Assembly (NCBI GenBank): GCA_016934935.1
Contig: JAFGRW010000050.1
Coordinates: forward strand, 811 to 64,810
Reading direction: 5' to 3'
Source: Spirochaetota bacterium
GTDB lineage: Bacteria; Spirochaetota; UBA4802; JAFGJZ01
DNA length: 64,000 nucleotides
The notes under the pieces are model-generated. The model had not been told where the DNA came from and searched no databases. It was given only the letters and a program-made list of their open reading frames with translations. The position numbers and the translations under genes are program-made. Shown piece after piece: positions 19,708-28,652 of this stretch (the stretch's first letter is position 1; each line of letters starts with the position of its first letter).

Positions 19708-21155
19708 GGTAAATCTCCATTCAAATCATAACAGCGTAAGCGTTTATCATCTCTCGCGATCAGGATACCGGTTTCGGTCAATGCCAGCGGTCCCCATGCG
19801 TCACGTCCATCCGGCAAAATAATTTGAGAATCCAGAAGCTCGTATCCTTCACGGTTAACTCTAAAGAGATAGAGAGTTCCGTCATCGTTAAGAAGCAAAA
19901 GTCTATCGCCTGATAACAGGTAAGGACCAAGACCAAAGCGCAGGTCTGATCCGCTGCTCCAGAGTATCGTGCCCGAACTATCGGCGGCGACCAGTTGTTC
20001 CCGTAGCGCGCCGGCATCCTTAGGTTGTATACCAATAATAAAAGAGCCGGCGTTTATCGGTGTCTGCTGTTCGCTTGCAAGCCCTTCGTGAGGAGCACGA
20101 TGAATCCCTTCGTCTACTATCCAGTTGCCGCTTTGTAAACTTACGTCAAAAAAAATGGTGCCGCTTCCGTATCCGGCACTCTGGATTATACGATTACCCA
20201 TAATTACAGGTGAGGGCGCTATGACATTCGCATTCCACTTATATGTCCACAAAAGCCGTCCCTTATCTCCCTGCTTCGCGGAAACTGATACAATACCTCC
20301 AACTGCCGCGTATATATATTGCGGCACACCATCAATCGTTGCCTTCATGATAGAGCTGTGTGAAAGTCCAAATTGTTCTGTATTCGGTGTCTCCCAGGCT
20401 ATCTCTCCACTGCTCTCCTCGATGCCGATCATAAGCGCTCTATCCGATGCCGGAGCAACGACAACAATGCCGTCATCAACAAGTGGGCACTGCGCCGTAT
20501 ACCATGATGGAATGGCGGAGTTCCACTCGGAGGCAAGGTCAACTCCCCATAACAGGGAGCCGTCGGTATTGTTAACGGCCATCACATGTCCTGACGGGCC
20601 GATTGATACAACACTGTTTTCTGTAACAGCAGGAACAGCCCGAGAGTAACCATGGTTTTTCTTTATTGGCTGCTGGTAGCCGTTCTGCCAAAGTTCTCTG
20701 CCGTCGGATAATCTGAAACAGCGAAGAAGATCACGCTGGGCATTTTCATCATAATCAATAATGTAAACTTTGCCGTCACGCACAGCTGCAGCCGCATAAC
20801 CTTCACCAAGCGTGATCTCCCATAAAAGCCGCACACCACTTAGAGAGTTAAAGTCGGCCGGCAGGGCACTGGCTGTTTGAATATTATTTCCTCTTTCACC
20901 GCGAAAGGAGGGCCAGCTGCCGTCAATATCATGTTTTGAATCGGGAACATCGAAAACGACATGCCAACTACCAAACCGCGCGACATTGGAGCTACCTTGT
21001 CGCCAGTCGGGTGGTTGGTTGTCCATATCGGATGTGTGAGCAGTCCAAGATATAGTTGGGTCGTATCGCAACATAAAAACAAGTATCGCGATAAAGGGAA
21101 GGCTGATAAGCAGAGCAGCCGGCTTGCTGTAAATGCTCAGTCCGTTCTGACGCAC
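19704..21155 (-). CDS. Membrane-anchored PQQ-like beta-propeller repeat protein (P4)
   Basis: N-terminal TM (AALLISLPFIAILVFML), then SWPSFRG and propeller repeats similar to P2. Confidence 0.7.
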   Translation of the reverse strand: MRQNGLSIYSKPAALLISLPFIAILVFMLRYDPTISWTAHTSDMDNQPPDWRQGSSNVARFGSWHVVFDVPDSKHDIDGSWPSFRGERGNNIQTASALPADFNSLSGVRLLWEITLGEGYAAAAVRDGKVYIIDYDENAQRDLLRCFRLSDGRELWQNGYQQPIKKNHGYSRAVPAVTENSVVSIGPSGHVMAVNNTDGSLLWGVDLASEWNSAIPSWYTAQCPLVDDGIVVVAPASDRALMIGIEESSGEIAWETPNTEQFGLSHSSIMKATIDGVPQYIYAAVGGIVSVSAKQGDKGRLLWTYKWNANVIAPSPVIMGNRIIQSAGYGSGTIFFDVSLQSGNWIVDEGIHRAPHEGLASEQQTPINAGSFIIGIQPKDAGALREQLVAADSSGTILWSSGSDLRFGLGPYLLSGDRLLLLNDDGTLYLFRVNREGYELLDSQIILPDGRDAWGPLALTETGILIARDDKRLRCYDLNGDLP

Positions 21156-22342
21156 GTTACCTCCCCAGTATTGCTTCTCAGGTAAAGACGGTTGTTCCAG
21201 AATGTAGGAGTGCTCCAGGCTATGCCTCTGCCTTTAAATATCTCCATTGTTTTCCCAGCACTGTATCCACTTCGCGATGGGTTTATCGGAATTAGGATGC
21301 CATCTTCTCCAAAAAAAATGATGGTGTCATTAATCTTAATTAGCGAACCGTATTGAGAAGTTTTTTCTTTCCAGATAACCTTTCCTGTTCGCGGATCCAT
21401 ACAGACAAAATTATTACGGGAGCGTTGTCCTGTGTTTCCTTCAATTCCGTATACAAGACCTTTATGCTCAATTAAGCTGCTGAAATGTGAACCAAGATCT
21501 TTGGACTCCCAAATTTTTTTAAATGATCCGGTCGAATAGTCTAAAAGTGTCGATCCACGACCATAACCGGATGAGATAAGCACCTTGTTGCCTGCAAGAA
21601 GAAGTGGGTCGGCTGCGTTAACGTTATGTGATGTTTTCCAGCTATATTCAGCCAGCTGTCGACCGTTTACCGCGTCAAGCATAACAAGAGCCGTGGAATT
21701 AAACATCATAATTGAACGTTTTCCTTTAAACGAAAAGAGAACCGGAGACGCGTAACCCGGTTCTGCGTCACTATTTTTCCAGCGAGTTTTACCGGTTTCA
21801 GCATCAAGAGCGATTCCGCCTCCGATATTCAGATATATTACATCGTCTTCGATGACTGCGGATGAAGCAATCCCGTATTGCCCTGCCGAAAGCTTCTCTT
21901 TCTTGCGCAGGTCGCGTTTCCAGACAGGTCTGCCGTTGTCAAGAGTGAGGCAGTGTATATCTCCATCAGAACCAATCATATAAAGCCTGTTGTCGTATAT
22001 AACCGGCATTGCCCGTGGGCCGGCATATTGATATTTTTTTCCTGCTTCAAAGTCATGGGTCCAGATAACACGTCCGTTAGAGGCATCCAGCGCGTAAATT
22101 GTTGTCAACTGCTTACCTCCACTGGATTTTAATCCCGCGGTATATACGCGATCTGATGTCGCGGCTATGGCGGAATAGCCATTTCCGACAGAAGCTTTCC
22201 AGACAGTTTGTCCGCTCTTTTTTGTAAACTCCGGATCAAATCCGGTAGTGCTTATTGAACCGTTGCGCAATGGTCCGCGCCAGATGGTCCATCCCGACGC
22301 GTGAGGGGAAGCCTCGCCGATCAAATATGTGTCATCATCCAT
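21137..22342 (-). CDS. PQQ-like beta-propeller protein (P5), separated from its signal peptide
   Basis: Same subfamily motifs as P3 and P6, but the ORF begins MDDDTYLIGEASPHASGWTIWRGP with no signal peptide. The signal peptide sits in the short upstream ORF. Confidence 0.7.
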   Translation of the reverse strand: MDDDTYLIGEASPHASGWTIWRGPLRNGSISTTGFDPEFTKKSGQTVWKASVGNGYSAIAATSDRVYTAGLKSSGGKQLTTIYALDASNGRVIWTHDFEAGKKYQYAGPRAMPVIYDNRLYMIGSDGDIHCLTLDNGRPVWKRDLRKKEKLSAGQYGIASSAVIEDDVIYLNIGGGIALDAETGKTRWKNSDAEPGYASPVLFSFKGKRSIMMFNSTALVMLDAVNGRQLAEYSWKTSHNVNAADPLLLAGNKVLISSGYGRGSTLLDYSTGSFKKIWESKDLGSHFSSLIEHKGLVYGIEGNTGQRSRNNFVCMDPRTGKVIWKEKTSQYGSLIKINDTIIFFGEDGILIPINPSRSGYSAGKTMEIFKGRGIAWSTPTFWNNRLYLRSNTGEVTCVRTD

Positions 22343-22376
22343 AAGCGGTCCATCCCGACGCGTGAGGGGAAGCCTC
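22286..22376. repeat. Two exact 30-nt direct repeats (22286-22315 and 22347-22376) with a 61-nt period
   Basis: ggtccatcccgacgcgtgaggggaagcctc occurs twice. Both copies are read as EASPHASGWT in their respective ORFs. Confidence 0.9.
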
Positions 22377-22490
22377 TGCTCTTCGTATCATTATGCCGTT
22401 ATTATCTATCAGATCTGTTTCATAATGCATCAGACCAAATAAAATGGCTGTGAACGTCCATATCAGTAACAGGGTTTTGCGTGTAATCAT
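22335..22490 (-). CDS. Detached signal-anchor fragment belonging to P5
   Basis: MITRKTLLLIWTFTAILFGL...EASPHASGWTAYG-stop. SD ggaga lies 9 nt before ATG 22490. It shares the 30-nt repeat with the P5 start. Confidence 0.4.
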   Translation of the reverse strand: MITRKTLLLIWTFTAILFGLMHYETDLIDNNGIMIRRAEASPHASGWTAYG

Positions 22491-22770
22491 AACTTTTGTC
22501 TCCATGGATAAAGGTTTATAAGTTACGGTTCGTTGTACATGAATCACTAATAAGAAGTGACTCTATGTGTAAATATTTACCATGAACAATATAGTATCAC
22601 CTGTACTGATAGACAATAAATATCATAAAATGATACAACGCGCGACCTATCTTAGAAGTTCGGTCGTATTTTTTTTTTGCGGTTAAATAATTACTTGCGC
22701 CACTATTTTGCATGAATAGTTTGTTAAGATAATGATGTGTGGATCAGTGTGAAAATCATATCAAATTAAT

Positions 22771-22857
22771 AGGTAACAGTTTGTTTGACAGGTAACTTTA
22801 GAATTTCAGCAAATAGAATATCATATGTATAATCTGCTTAAGTGAGGAAGCCAGGTG
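22771..22857 (+). promoter_or_regulatory. Putative activator-dependent promoter of the AraC/terpenoid cassette
   Basis: AGGTAAC direct repeats at 22771 and 22790. Weak -35 TTCAGC (22805-22810), 17-nt spacer, perfect TATAAT (22828-22833). SD gaggaag, GTG at 22855. Confidence 0.3.
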
Positions 22858-24018
22858 CTTAATTCGATAAAACAGAATCTTCATCTTCTTATTATATTTC
22901 AGTCTCTACTATTTATGATTCTTCTCTGTCTGCTTTCATTTAAAAAAAACAGGGCAAATCGTTATCTTTTTTTCTTTTTTTTGTTTATGTTATGCGGAGA
23001 GGTCGGCGGGCTTATTAATCGTTTTATGCCGTCTGATTTATGTACCGCATTTGTAATAGTTCCGCGTATTTTCTTTATTCTGATTACTTTGAGTTTTCTT
23101 GCTTTTCCTTTTTTTCATTTATATGTTCTTTCCAGTACTGACAATAGTTTCCGTCTCTCCTTACGTCATTTGATCCATCTCATACCATTTTCAGCTGTTC
23201 TTTTATATGTTTTCTTCGAGTATATAGTCAGTGGCTCGGTAACAACTTATCTGATCAGCTCTAATAACCATACTGTTTTTGCGTTTTTTGAGTATCAGAA
23301 TATCCGCATAGCCCGAGTCATTCAGTTCTACTCCTATATCTTACTTGCGTGGTACAGCCTGTACCAGCACAAAAAAAATATCACAAATATATTTTCTTCT
23401 GTTTCCAATATCAGTCTGCGATGGTTACGGTTTTTTTTGGTTGCAATTGCCCTGTGGGGATTGTTCGAGATAGCGGCGATATTGGTCTACAGAGGAGTCT
23501 TGAAGTTCTACTACCCCTATGCCTACATTCTTTCGTCAGTTGCCCTTTTAATAATCTTAACAACTCTCTTTTTGAAGGCATTATCTCAGCGTGAGATAAT
23601 TATACCTGTCAAACTTGAGCGTGTTGGTAAGTATAAAAAAAACCCTCTCGATGAAAAGGAAAAGAACATTTATCTGAAAATGCTCAACGAATATATGCTG
23701 CGAGAAAAGCCCTATCTTGAACCGGAGCTGACAGTAAAAAACCTTTCCGACATGACAGAGATCCCACCGCATAGGATCTCACAGGTGTTGAATAGCGCCC
23801 TTAAAATTAATTTTTATGATTATGTTAATAGTCACCGGATAGAGGAGAGTAAACAACTACTTTCTTCTGATCCAGAAGATAAAAAAAATATTATTGAGGT
23901 TGTGTATGAGTCCGGTTTTAACAGCAAGTCAACATTTAACAGCGTTTTTAAAAAACATACGGGTATGACTCCCTCCGAGTATAAGGCTGCAAAAAAAGAG
24001 CCATTTATGGCTTCGTGA
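22855..24018 (+). CDS. AraC-family transcriptional regulator with multi-TM N-terminal membrane domain (A1)
   Basis: About 240 aa of hydrophobic helices followed by the AraC HTH region (FYDYVNSHRIEESKQLL, ESGFNSKSTFNSVFKKHTGMTPSEY). Confidence 0.85.
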   Translation: MLNSIKQNLHLLIIFQSLLFMILLCLLSFKKNRANRYLFFFFLFMLCGEVGGLINRFMPSDLCTAFVIVPRIFFILITLSFLAFPFFHLYVLSSTDNSFRLSLRHLIHLIPFSAVLLYVFFEYIVSGSVTTYLISSNNHTVFAFFEYQNIRIARVIQFYSYILLAWYSLYQHKKNITNIFSSVSNISLRWLRFFLVAIALWGLFEIAAILVYRGVLKFYYPYAYILSSVALLIILTTLFLKALSQREIIIPVKLERVGKYKKNPLDEKEKNIYLKMLNEYMLREKPYLEPELTVKNLSDMTEIPPHRISQVLNSALKINFYDYVNSHRIEESKQLLSSDPEDKKNIIEVVYESGFNSKSTFNSVFKKHTGMTPSEYKAAKKEPFMAS

Positions 24019-24072
24019 TTTGTATCAAACAAAAATAAGTTAGCTCTGAATATTTTTTGAACTGAGGAATTT

Positions 24073-24903
24073 ATGAAAACAAAACAGATTATAATATGCA
24101 ATTGCCGAGGCAAACGAGGCGGGGATATTCTGGATGCTGATTTAGCAGAATATTTAAATAACAAAAAAATTTCCTGCCGTCAAGTCTCAGACCTTTGCGG
24201 TATGGCCGCTCGTAATAAAGATACTCTATCATCTATCTTGCACGCGGCAGACCAAACAATGATTGTGGCATGCACTCAGCGTTCAATTCGCCTTATCGCA
24301 GATTATGCGGGTATTTTACTTAAACAAGATAAATTTTATGTCTGTGACCGCTTTAAAGAAGAGGCCAGCGAACTTCGTCTTAAAATAGATGAGTTTTGTG
24401 GAAGCGGCAGTCTGCCTGAACTGACATCTGTTGAATCACTTAAATCTGATGAATCAGAAATTTGGAATTCATGGTATCCCATTATTGATTATGACAGGTG
24501 CAGCTCATGTGGAAACTGCGCGCAGTTCTGCCTTTTCGGTGTGTATGAACAGAAAAAAGGAAAGGTTCGCGTTATTAATCCTGCTGGTTGCAAGGATCTA
24601 TGCCCTGCCTGCGCGCGAATCTGCCCGGAGGCCGCAATTGTCTTTCCCAAGTACGAGGGGGGCGGCGCAATCGGTGGAAGTGACACTATTGATGAAGCGG
24701 CTGAGAAACATAGAATAAAAGATGATCTTCAAGAAATTGCTGATAATGATATTTACGCTACACTCCAAAAAAGAAAGGAAAAACGTCTCTCGCTTCTCAA
24801 AGAGGGTGTCGTTAAACGGGCAGAGAAGGAGAGAGAAGAGGCGTTAGCGGAAAGTGCCCAAGATAAGGTAAAAAAAGTACAAATAAAAATGGATAAAAAA
24901 TGA
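24073..24903 (+). CDS. 4Fe-4S dicluster ferredoxin-domain protein with Cys-containing N-domain and charged C-tail
   Basis: CSSCGNCAQFC and CKDLCPACARICP motifs. Lys/Glu-rich C-terminus. ATGA overlap with the next gene. Confidence 0.7.
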   Translation: MKTKQIIICNCRGKRGGDILDADLAEYLNNKKISCRQVSDLCGMAARNKDTLSSILHAADQTMIVACTQRSIRLIADYAGILLKQDKFYVCDRFKEEASELRLKIDEFCGSGSLPELTSVESLKSDESEIWNSWYPIIDYDRCSSCGNCAQFCLFGVYEQKKGKVRVINPAGCKDLCPACARICPEAAIVFPKYEGGGAIGGSDTIDEAAEKHRIKDDLQEIADNDIYATLQKRKEKRLSLLKEGVVKRAEKEREEALAESAQDKVKKVQIKMDKK

Positions 24904-26084
24904 GATTAATTCTGCGATTTATATTTAAAATTAATGCCGGATGCCGTCGTAAATTTATCCGTAATCTGGTAATAAAAGGTGTTGGAACCCTTAGAACCTT
25001 CCGTCGTCGAAAGAAAAATGGAGGCCACTTTCCGGCATTTCATTTTATATCGATTACTAACAGGTGTAACCTGGCGTGTCAGGGATGCTGGGTAAGCAGA
25101 AGTGATGAGGGTACAGATTTGCCTCTTGATCGCATTGACGCAATTATAGCCGAAGGCAAAAGAAATAAAAGTTATTTTTACGGACTTCTTGGAGGAGAGC
25201 CTCTTTTGTACCCCCAGCTTTTTGATATAGTCTCTAACCATTCCGACTGTTATTTTCAGCTCTTTACAAACGGACTGCTTCTTGATGATACGGTTGCAGA
25301 TCGTATTCTTGAATGTGGTAATGTAACCCCGCTGATCAGTCTTGAGGGTAATCAAACCGCTGCTGATATCAGACGCGGAGGCAGTGATGTCTATCGTCAA
25401 ACAGTTGACGCGATTAAGCGCTGCACCTCGCGCGGTATTATAACCGGTGTGGCAATGAGCGTCTGTAAATCAAATTACGATATGGCTCTTGATAGATCCT
25501 TTTTAAAAGAGCTCTGGAAAATGGGGGTTGTCTATCTCTGGTATTATATATATCGTCCCGTCGGAGAAAACCCCTGTTATGAGCTGGCACTCGAATCAGA
25601 TCAGATAGAGTCATTAAGGCGCTTTATGATAGATGAGCGAAAATCTCAACCGCTGATAATTGTTGATTCGTACTGGAATGCTGACGGCGCGCCATTTTGT
25701 CCGGCAGCTGAGGGATTAAGTCATCATATTAATCCGGCAGGATATGTCGAGCCGTGTCCGGTGCTTCAGTTTTCACACGACAAAATAGGTAAGGATACGG
25801 ATATCAATGCGTTTTACAATCAGGGTGCCTTTTTGCCTTCGTTTAAGCGAGCGCTCTGTGATAAAACAGACGGGTGCATTCTTATGGAGGATCCAAAATG
25901 GCTTGCTGACTATATTATTAAATCTGAAGCTATTAATACCTCAAACAGAAAACATTATATAAACATGCTTGGTGACGCTCCGACGCTTTGCAGCCATTCG
26001 GTTGCGTCATCAATTAAAGAGAAGAGCTTCTTTTATCGTTTTGCAAAGCGTCACGCTTTTTTCGGGATGGGGGCCTATGGATAA
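24900..26084 (+). CDS. Radical SAM enzyme (MoaA/PqqE/HpnH-like fold)
   Basis: ITNRCNLACQGCW (CX3CX2C), GGEPLL, TNGLLL. Translationally coupled on both sides. Confidence 0.75.
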   Translation: MRLILRFIFKINAGCRRKFIRNLVIKGVGTLRTFRRRKKNGGHFPAFHFISITNRCNLACQGCWVSRSDEGTDLPLDRIDAIIAEGKRNKSYFYGLLGGEPLLYPQLFDIVSNHSDCYFQLFTNGLLLDDTVADRILECGNVTPLISLEGNQTAADIRRGGSDVYRQTVDAIKRCTSRGIITGVAMSVCKSNYDMALDRSFLKELWKMGVVYLWYYIYRPVGENPCYELALESDQIESLRRFMIDERKSQPLIIVDSYWNADGAPFCPAAEGLSHHINPAGYVEPCPVLQFSHDKIGKDTDINAFYNQGAFLPSFKRALCDKTDGCILMEDPKWLADYIIKSEAINTSNRKHYINMLGDAPTLCSHSVASSIKEKSFFYRFAKRHAFFGMGAYG

Positions 26085-27678
26085 ACAGGTTGTCTTTTGT
26101 GATACAAATGTCATGCTCCATGTGCCATCTTTGGCAGATGACAGAAAAAGCATACGTGATTCTGCCGCGAGTTTTGCGCGTGAACAAAAAATTATCGCGC
26201 CTCTTCCGGCAGTCCATCTTTCACTTCTTGCGGATTCATTTTTGCGGGCCTATATGTTTGATGAGTCATATCGCGCATACTCTATGCTTGCTCTGGCCAA
26301 TGAAGTATGGCGCCCTGTCGTTGCTTCTGTTCCCTATGAGCGCCGTATACTGATACTGCCTGAGTGCCTTAAAAGTTCAACATCATGCCAAGCCGCGCGT
26401 GACTCAATGGGGCTTGTTTGCGCGGGTTGCATGAAATGTCAGATCGGAGAGATCTATGAAAAGGCAGAGGGCTGCGGATATCAGGTTATAGTTTCTGAAG
26501 GGACTACAGTTGCGCGGCAGATAGTTTTACAAGGAGGCGCGGATGCTATTATCGGTGTAGGCTGTTTGGATTCGCTGAGCCGAATATTTGAAGATGTGCA
26601 AGGCAGTTTAATACCCTCAATTGGTATTCCTCTTCTTCGTGACGGTTGTATGGATACTGCTGTTGATATGGGCTGGCTTGAGGAGGAGTTGCTGGTACAA
26701 ACTGAAGCTGAGAGCATTCTTCATTATGCTTATGTTAAAAGAAGCACTGAGGCGATGTTTACTAAAACGGTACTTGGGATGCATGCTCAAAATTCATATA
26801 ATTCAGATAAAACTGTTAATATTGCCCTCGAATACCTTTTGCTCGATGGAAAAAGAATCCGGCCTATGCTTTTTAATCTTGTTTATGAGTCTCTTTGCGA
26901 TGAGCATAATAAAAAGGCACAGCAAAAGCTAGCTCTATCGATTGAATCTTTCCATAAAGCATCACTGATCCATGATGATATTGAGGATGATGACGATACC
27001 CGTTATGGAGTAAAAAATCTGCATCGCCGATATGGAGTACCGGCCGCGATTAATATCGGTGATTACCTTATCGGATTAGGGTACAGTCTGATCTCTGGCT
27101 GTGGACTAACAGAAAAAAAAATAGCTGATTGTCTTAAAATAGCATCGCGTGGGCATGTCGATCTGACAATTGGTCAGGGGCATGAACTCTTTTCGCGATT
27201 AACAGATGATATTGTACCGCTTGCGGATCTGATAACCCGTTTCAAGAACAAGACCTCCGCTGCGTTTCGTATTCCTCTTCTTATGGGGGCGGCTGCGGCT
27301 GGGGCTCCAAAGCCTCTGTTTGCTATTCTCGAACAGTTTGCCGATTCGCTTGGTATAGCATATCAGATTCACGATGATCTGCATGACTACTCTGTGGGGC
27401 AATCCGGTTTCCTGGTTAGTGATTCTTCGTTTCTTTTCGCGCTGGCGATTGAGGATGCTACTGAAAAAGAAAAAGATAGCGTTCGCGAATACTTAATAGA
27501 AAAGGATTACGATAAGATTATTAAGTTTATCGGACAGGGGATGGTAGTCGAACAAGCCAAATCCCTGCTCAAAGAAGAGTTAAACAAGGCTCTAACGCTC
27601 GTAGGTACGATTCAAAATAAGAGTATCCATCTTACACTTCGTCAGCTTGTTATCGGTTATTTTAATGAGTATCTGTGA
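26077..27678 (+). CDS. Fusion: Cys-rich DUF116-like N-domain plus trans-polyprenyl diphosphate synthase
   Basis: LILPECL..STSC...GLVCAGCMKCQIGE...GVGCLD resembles DUF116 (recalled, not verified). LIHDDIEDDDDTRYG (first Asp-rich motif) and YQIHDDLHDY (second). Start ATG 26077 overlaps the upstream stop (ATGGATAA). The track start at 25969 is rejected. Confidence 0.75.
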   Translation: MDKQVVFCDTNVMLHVPSLADDRKSIRDSAASFAREQKIIAPLPAVHLSLLADSFLRAYMFDESYRAYSMLALANEVWRPVVASVPYERRILILPECLKSSTSCQAARDSMGLVCAGCMKCQIGEIYEKAEGCGYQVIVSEGTTVARQIVLQGGADAIIGVGCLDSLSRIFEDVQGSLIPSIGIPLLRDGCMDTAVDMGWLEEELLVQTEAESILHYAYVKRSTEAMFTKTVLGMHAQNSYNSDKTVNIALEYLLLDGKRIRPMLFNLVYESLCDEHNKKAQQKLALSIESFHKASLIHDDIEDDDDTRYGVKNLHRRYGVPAAINIGDYLIGLGYSLISGCGLTEKKIADCLKIASRGHVDLTIGQGHELFSRLTDDIVPLADLITRFKNKTSAAFRIPLLMGAAAAGAPKPLFAILEQFADSLGIAYQIHDDLHDYSVGQSGFLVSDSSFLFALAIEDATEKEKDSVREYLIEKDYDKIIKFIGQGMVVEQAKSLLKEELNKALTLVGTIQNKSIHLTLRQLVIGYFNEYL

Positions 27679-28561
27679 TTATGCACGTTTTCTGAGGATC
27701 ATGTGGAGCGTCCCCTCGATAAAAGCTGTTCTAAAAAAAGGCTATCGGCAAATTTCATTGCAGGATCAAGAGAAGATCAGAGATTATTTGCAACAGTCTC
27801 AATGCTCAACAGGTGGCTTCACAGATCGTAATGGACGTGAAGATATATACTATACTTTTTTCGGAACAATAATCGCGGACTCTCTATCCATTCGCTATGA
27901 TTACAGCTCTGTCGCTAAATATATAGGTCACTACTCTGTGGATCAAGAGACTTCCCTTGCGGATATGATATCTTACGCGGCTCTTTTATATAAACATACA
28001 GGCAATAAAAAAAGAGCTTTATCAATTCTCAGCAAAATTGACACTGTAACAACCAAAAAAAAGATTGTCGAGCCTGTCTATGCTGACATCATGATGACTC
28101 TTGCCTGTTTGCAATGCCGCTTATACTTCCGAGCAGCTCACATCCTTAAATCTCAAGCCGAACAGATGTTTTGTGAAACTGCCGCTATGACACCTCTTGT
28201 TGCCGCAAGAGTTACAATGATTAGTATATATTTAAAGAAGGCTGGTCTGTTTAAAAAAAAAGAAAGTGCTGTGACGGAGTTAAAGCGTCATGCGGAATCC
28301 TGTGTGGATGTATTGATTAACCGGGTGTCCGACGTAGGTGGTTTTAAAGCATCTGCTAAAGTTATCGTGCCTGATCTTCTATCTACTGCGGTTTCACTGT
28401 ATGCACTAAAATGTTATGATTATGATCTGCGTGCCATTGCTCCATCAATGCTTGATTTTATTACTTCTGTATATTGTGACGGTAGCTTTGCCCCTTCGGA
28501 ATATGAGGCAGGAGATGTTGAGTATCTCTTTTATGGTCTTCTTGCTCTCGGCTCATTATAG
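27665..28561 (+). CDS. Prenyltransferase/terpene-cyclase alpha-alpha-toroid repeat protein (~300 aa)
   Basis: Repeats of the type QQSQCSTGGFTD, VSDVGGFKAS and YCDGSFAPS. ATG 27665 overlaps the upstream 3' end by 14 nt; TTG 27647 is an alternative start. Confidence 0.6.
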   Translation: MSICDYARFLRIMWSVPSIKAVLKKGYRQISLQDQEKIRDYLQQSQCSTGGFTDRNGREDIYYTFFGTIIADSLSIRYDYSSVAKYIGHYSVDQETSLADMISYAALLYKHTGNKKRALSILSKIDTVTTKKKIVEPVYADIMMTLACLQCRLYFRAAHILKSQAEQMFCETAAMTPLVAARVTMISIYLKKAGLFKKKESAVTELKRHAESCVDVLINRVSDVGGFKASAKVIVPDLLSTAVSLYALKCYDYDLRAIAPSMLDFITSVYCDGSFAPSEYEAGDVEYLFYGLLALGSL

Positions 28562-28652
28562 TGCTTGGTTAAGCAAATTATTTTCAACAGAAAACTTTAA
28601 AAACGCATAACTTTAACAATAGCATAGTTGTTATATTAACAGGATACAGAAT

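Noticed and set aside
282-21185. Many track ORFs of 60-190 aa are nested antisense or out of frame inside the large genes, for example 282-812, 2176-2751, 4315-4764, 7095-7478, 8720-9145, 9366-9713, 10369-10662, 11225-12022, 14093-14404, 15702-16185 and 20125-20649.
   Set aside because: Each lies wholly within a longer ORF that carries clear catalytic or cofactor motifs. The nested ORFs have no motifs, no SD and low-complexity composition. They are typical shadow ORFs of the more GC-rich island DNA.
8696-22342. Interpreting the propellers as PQQ-dependent dehydrogenases.
   Set aside because: No pqqA-E genes are present. Most of these proteins (365-483 aa) are shorter than typical eight-bladed quinoproteins. 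I could not identify PQQ/Ca ligand motifs by eye. PQQ-like here describes only the repeat type.
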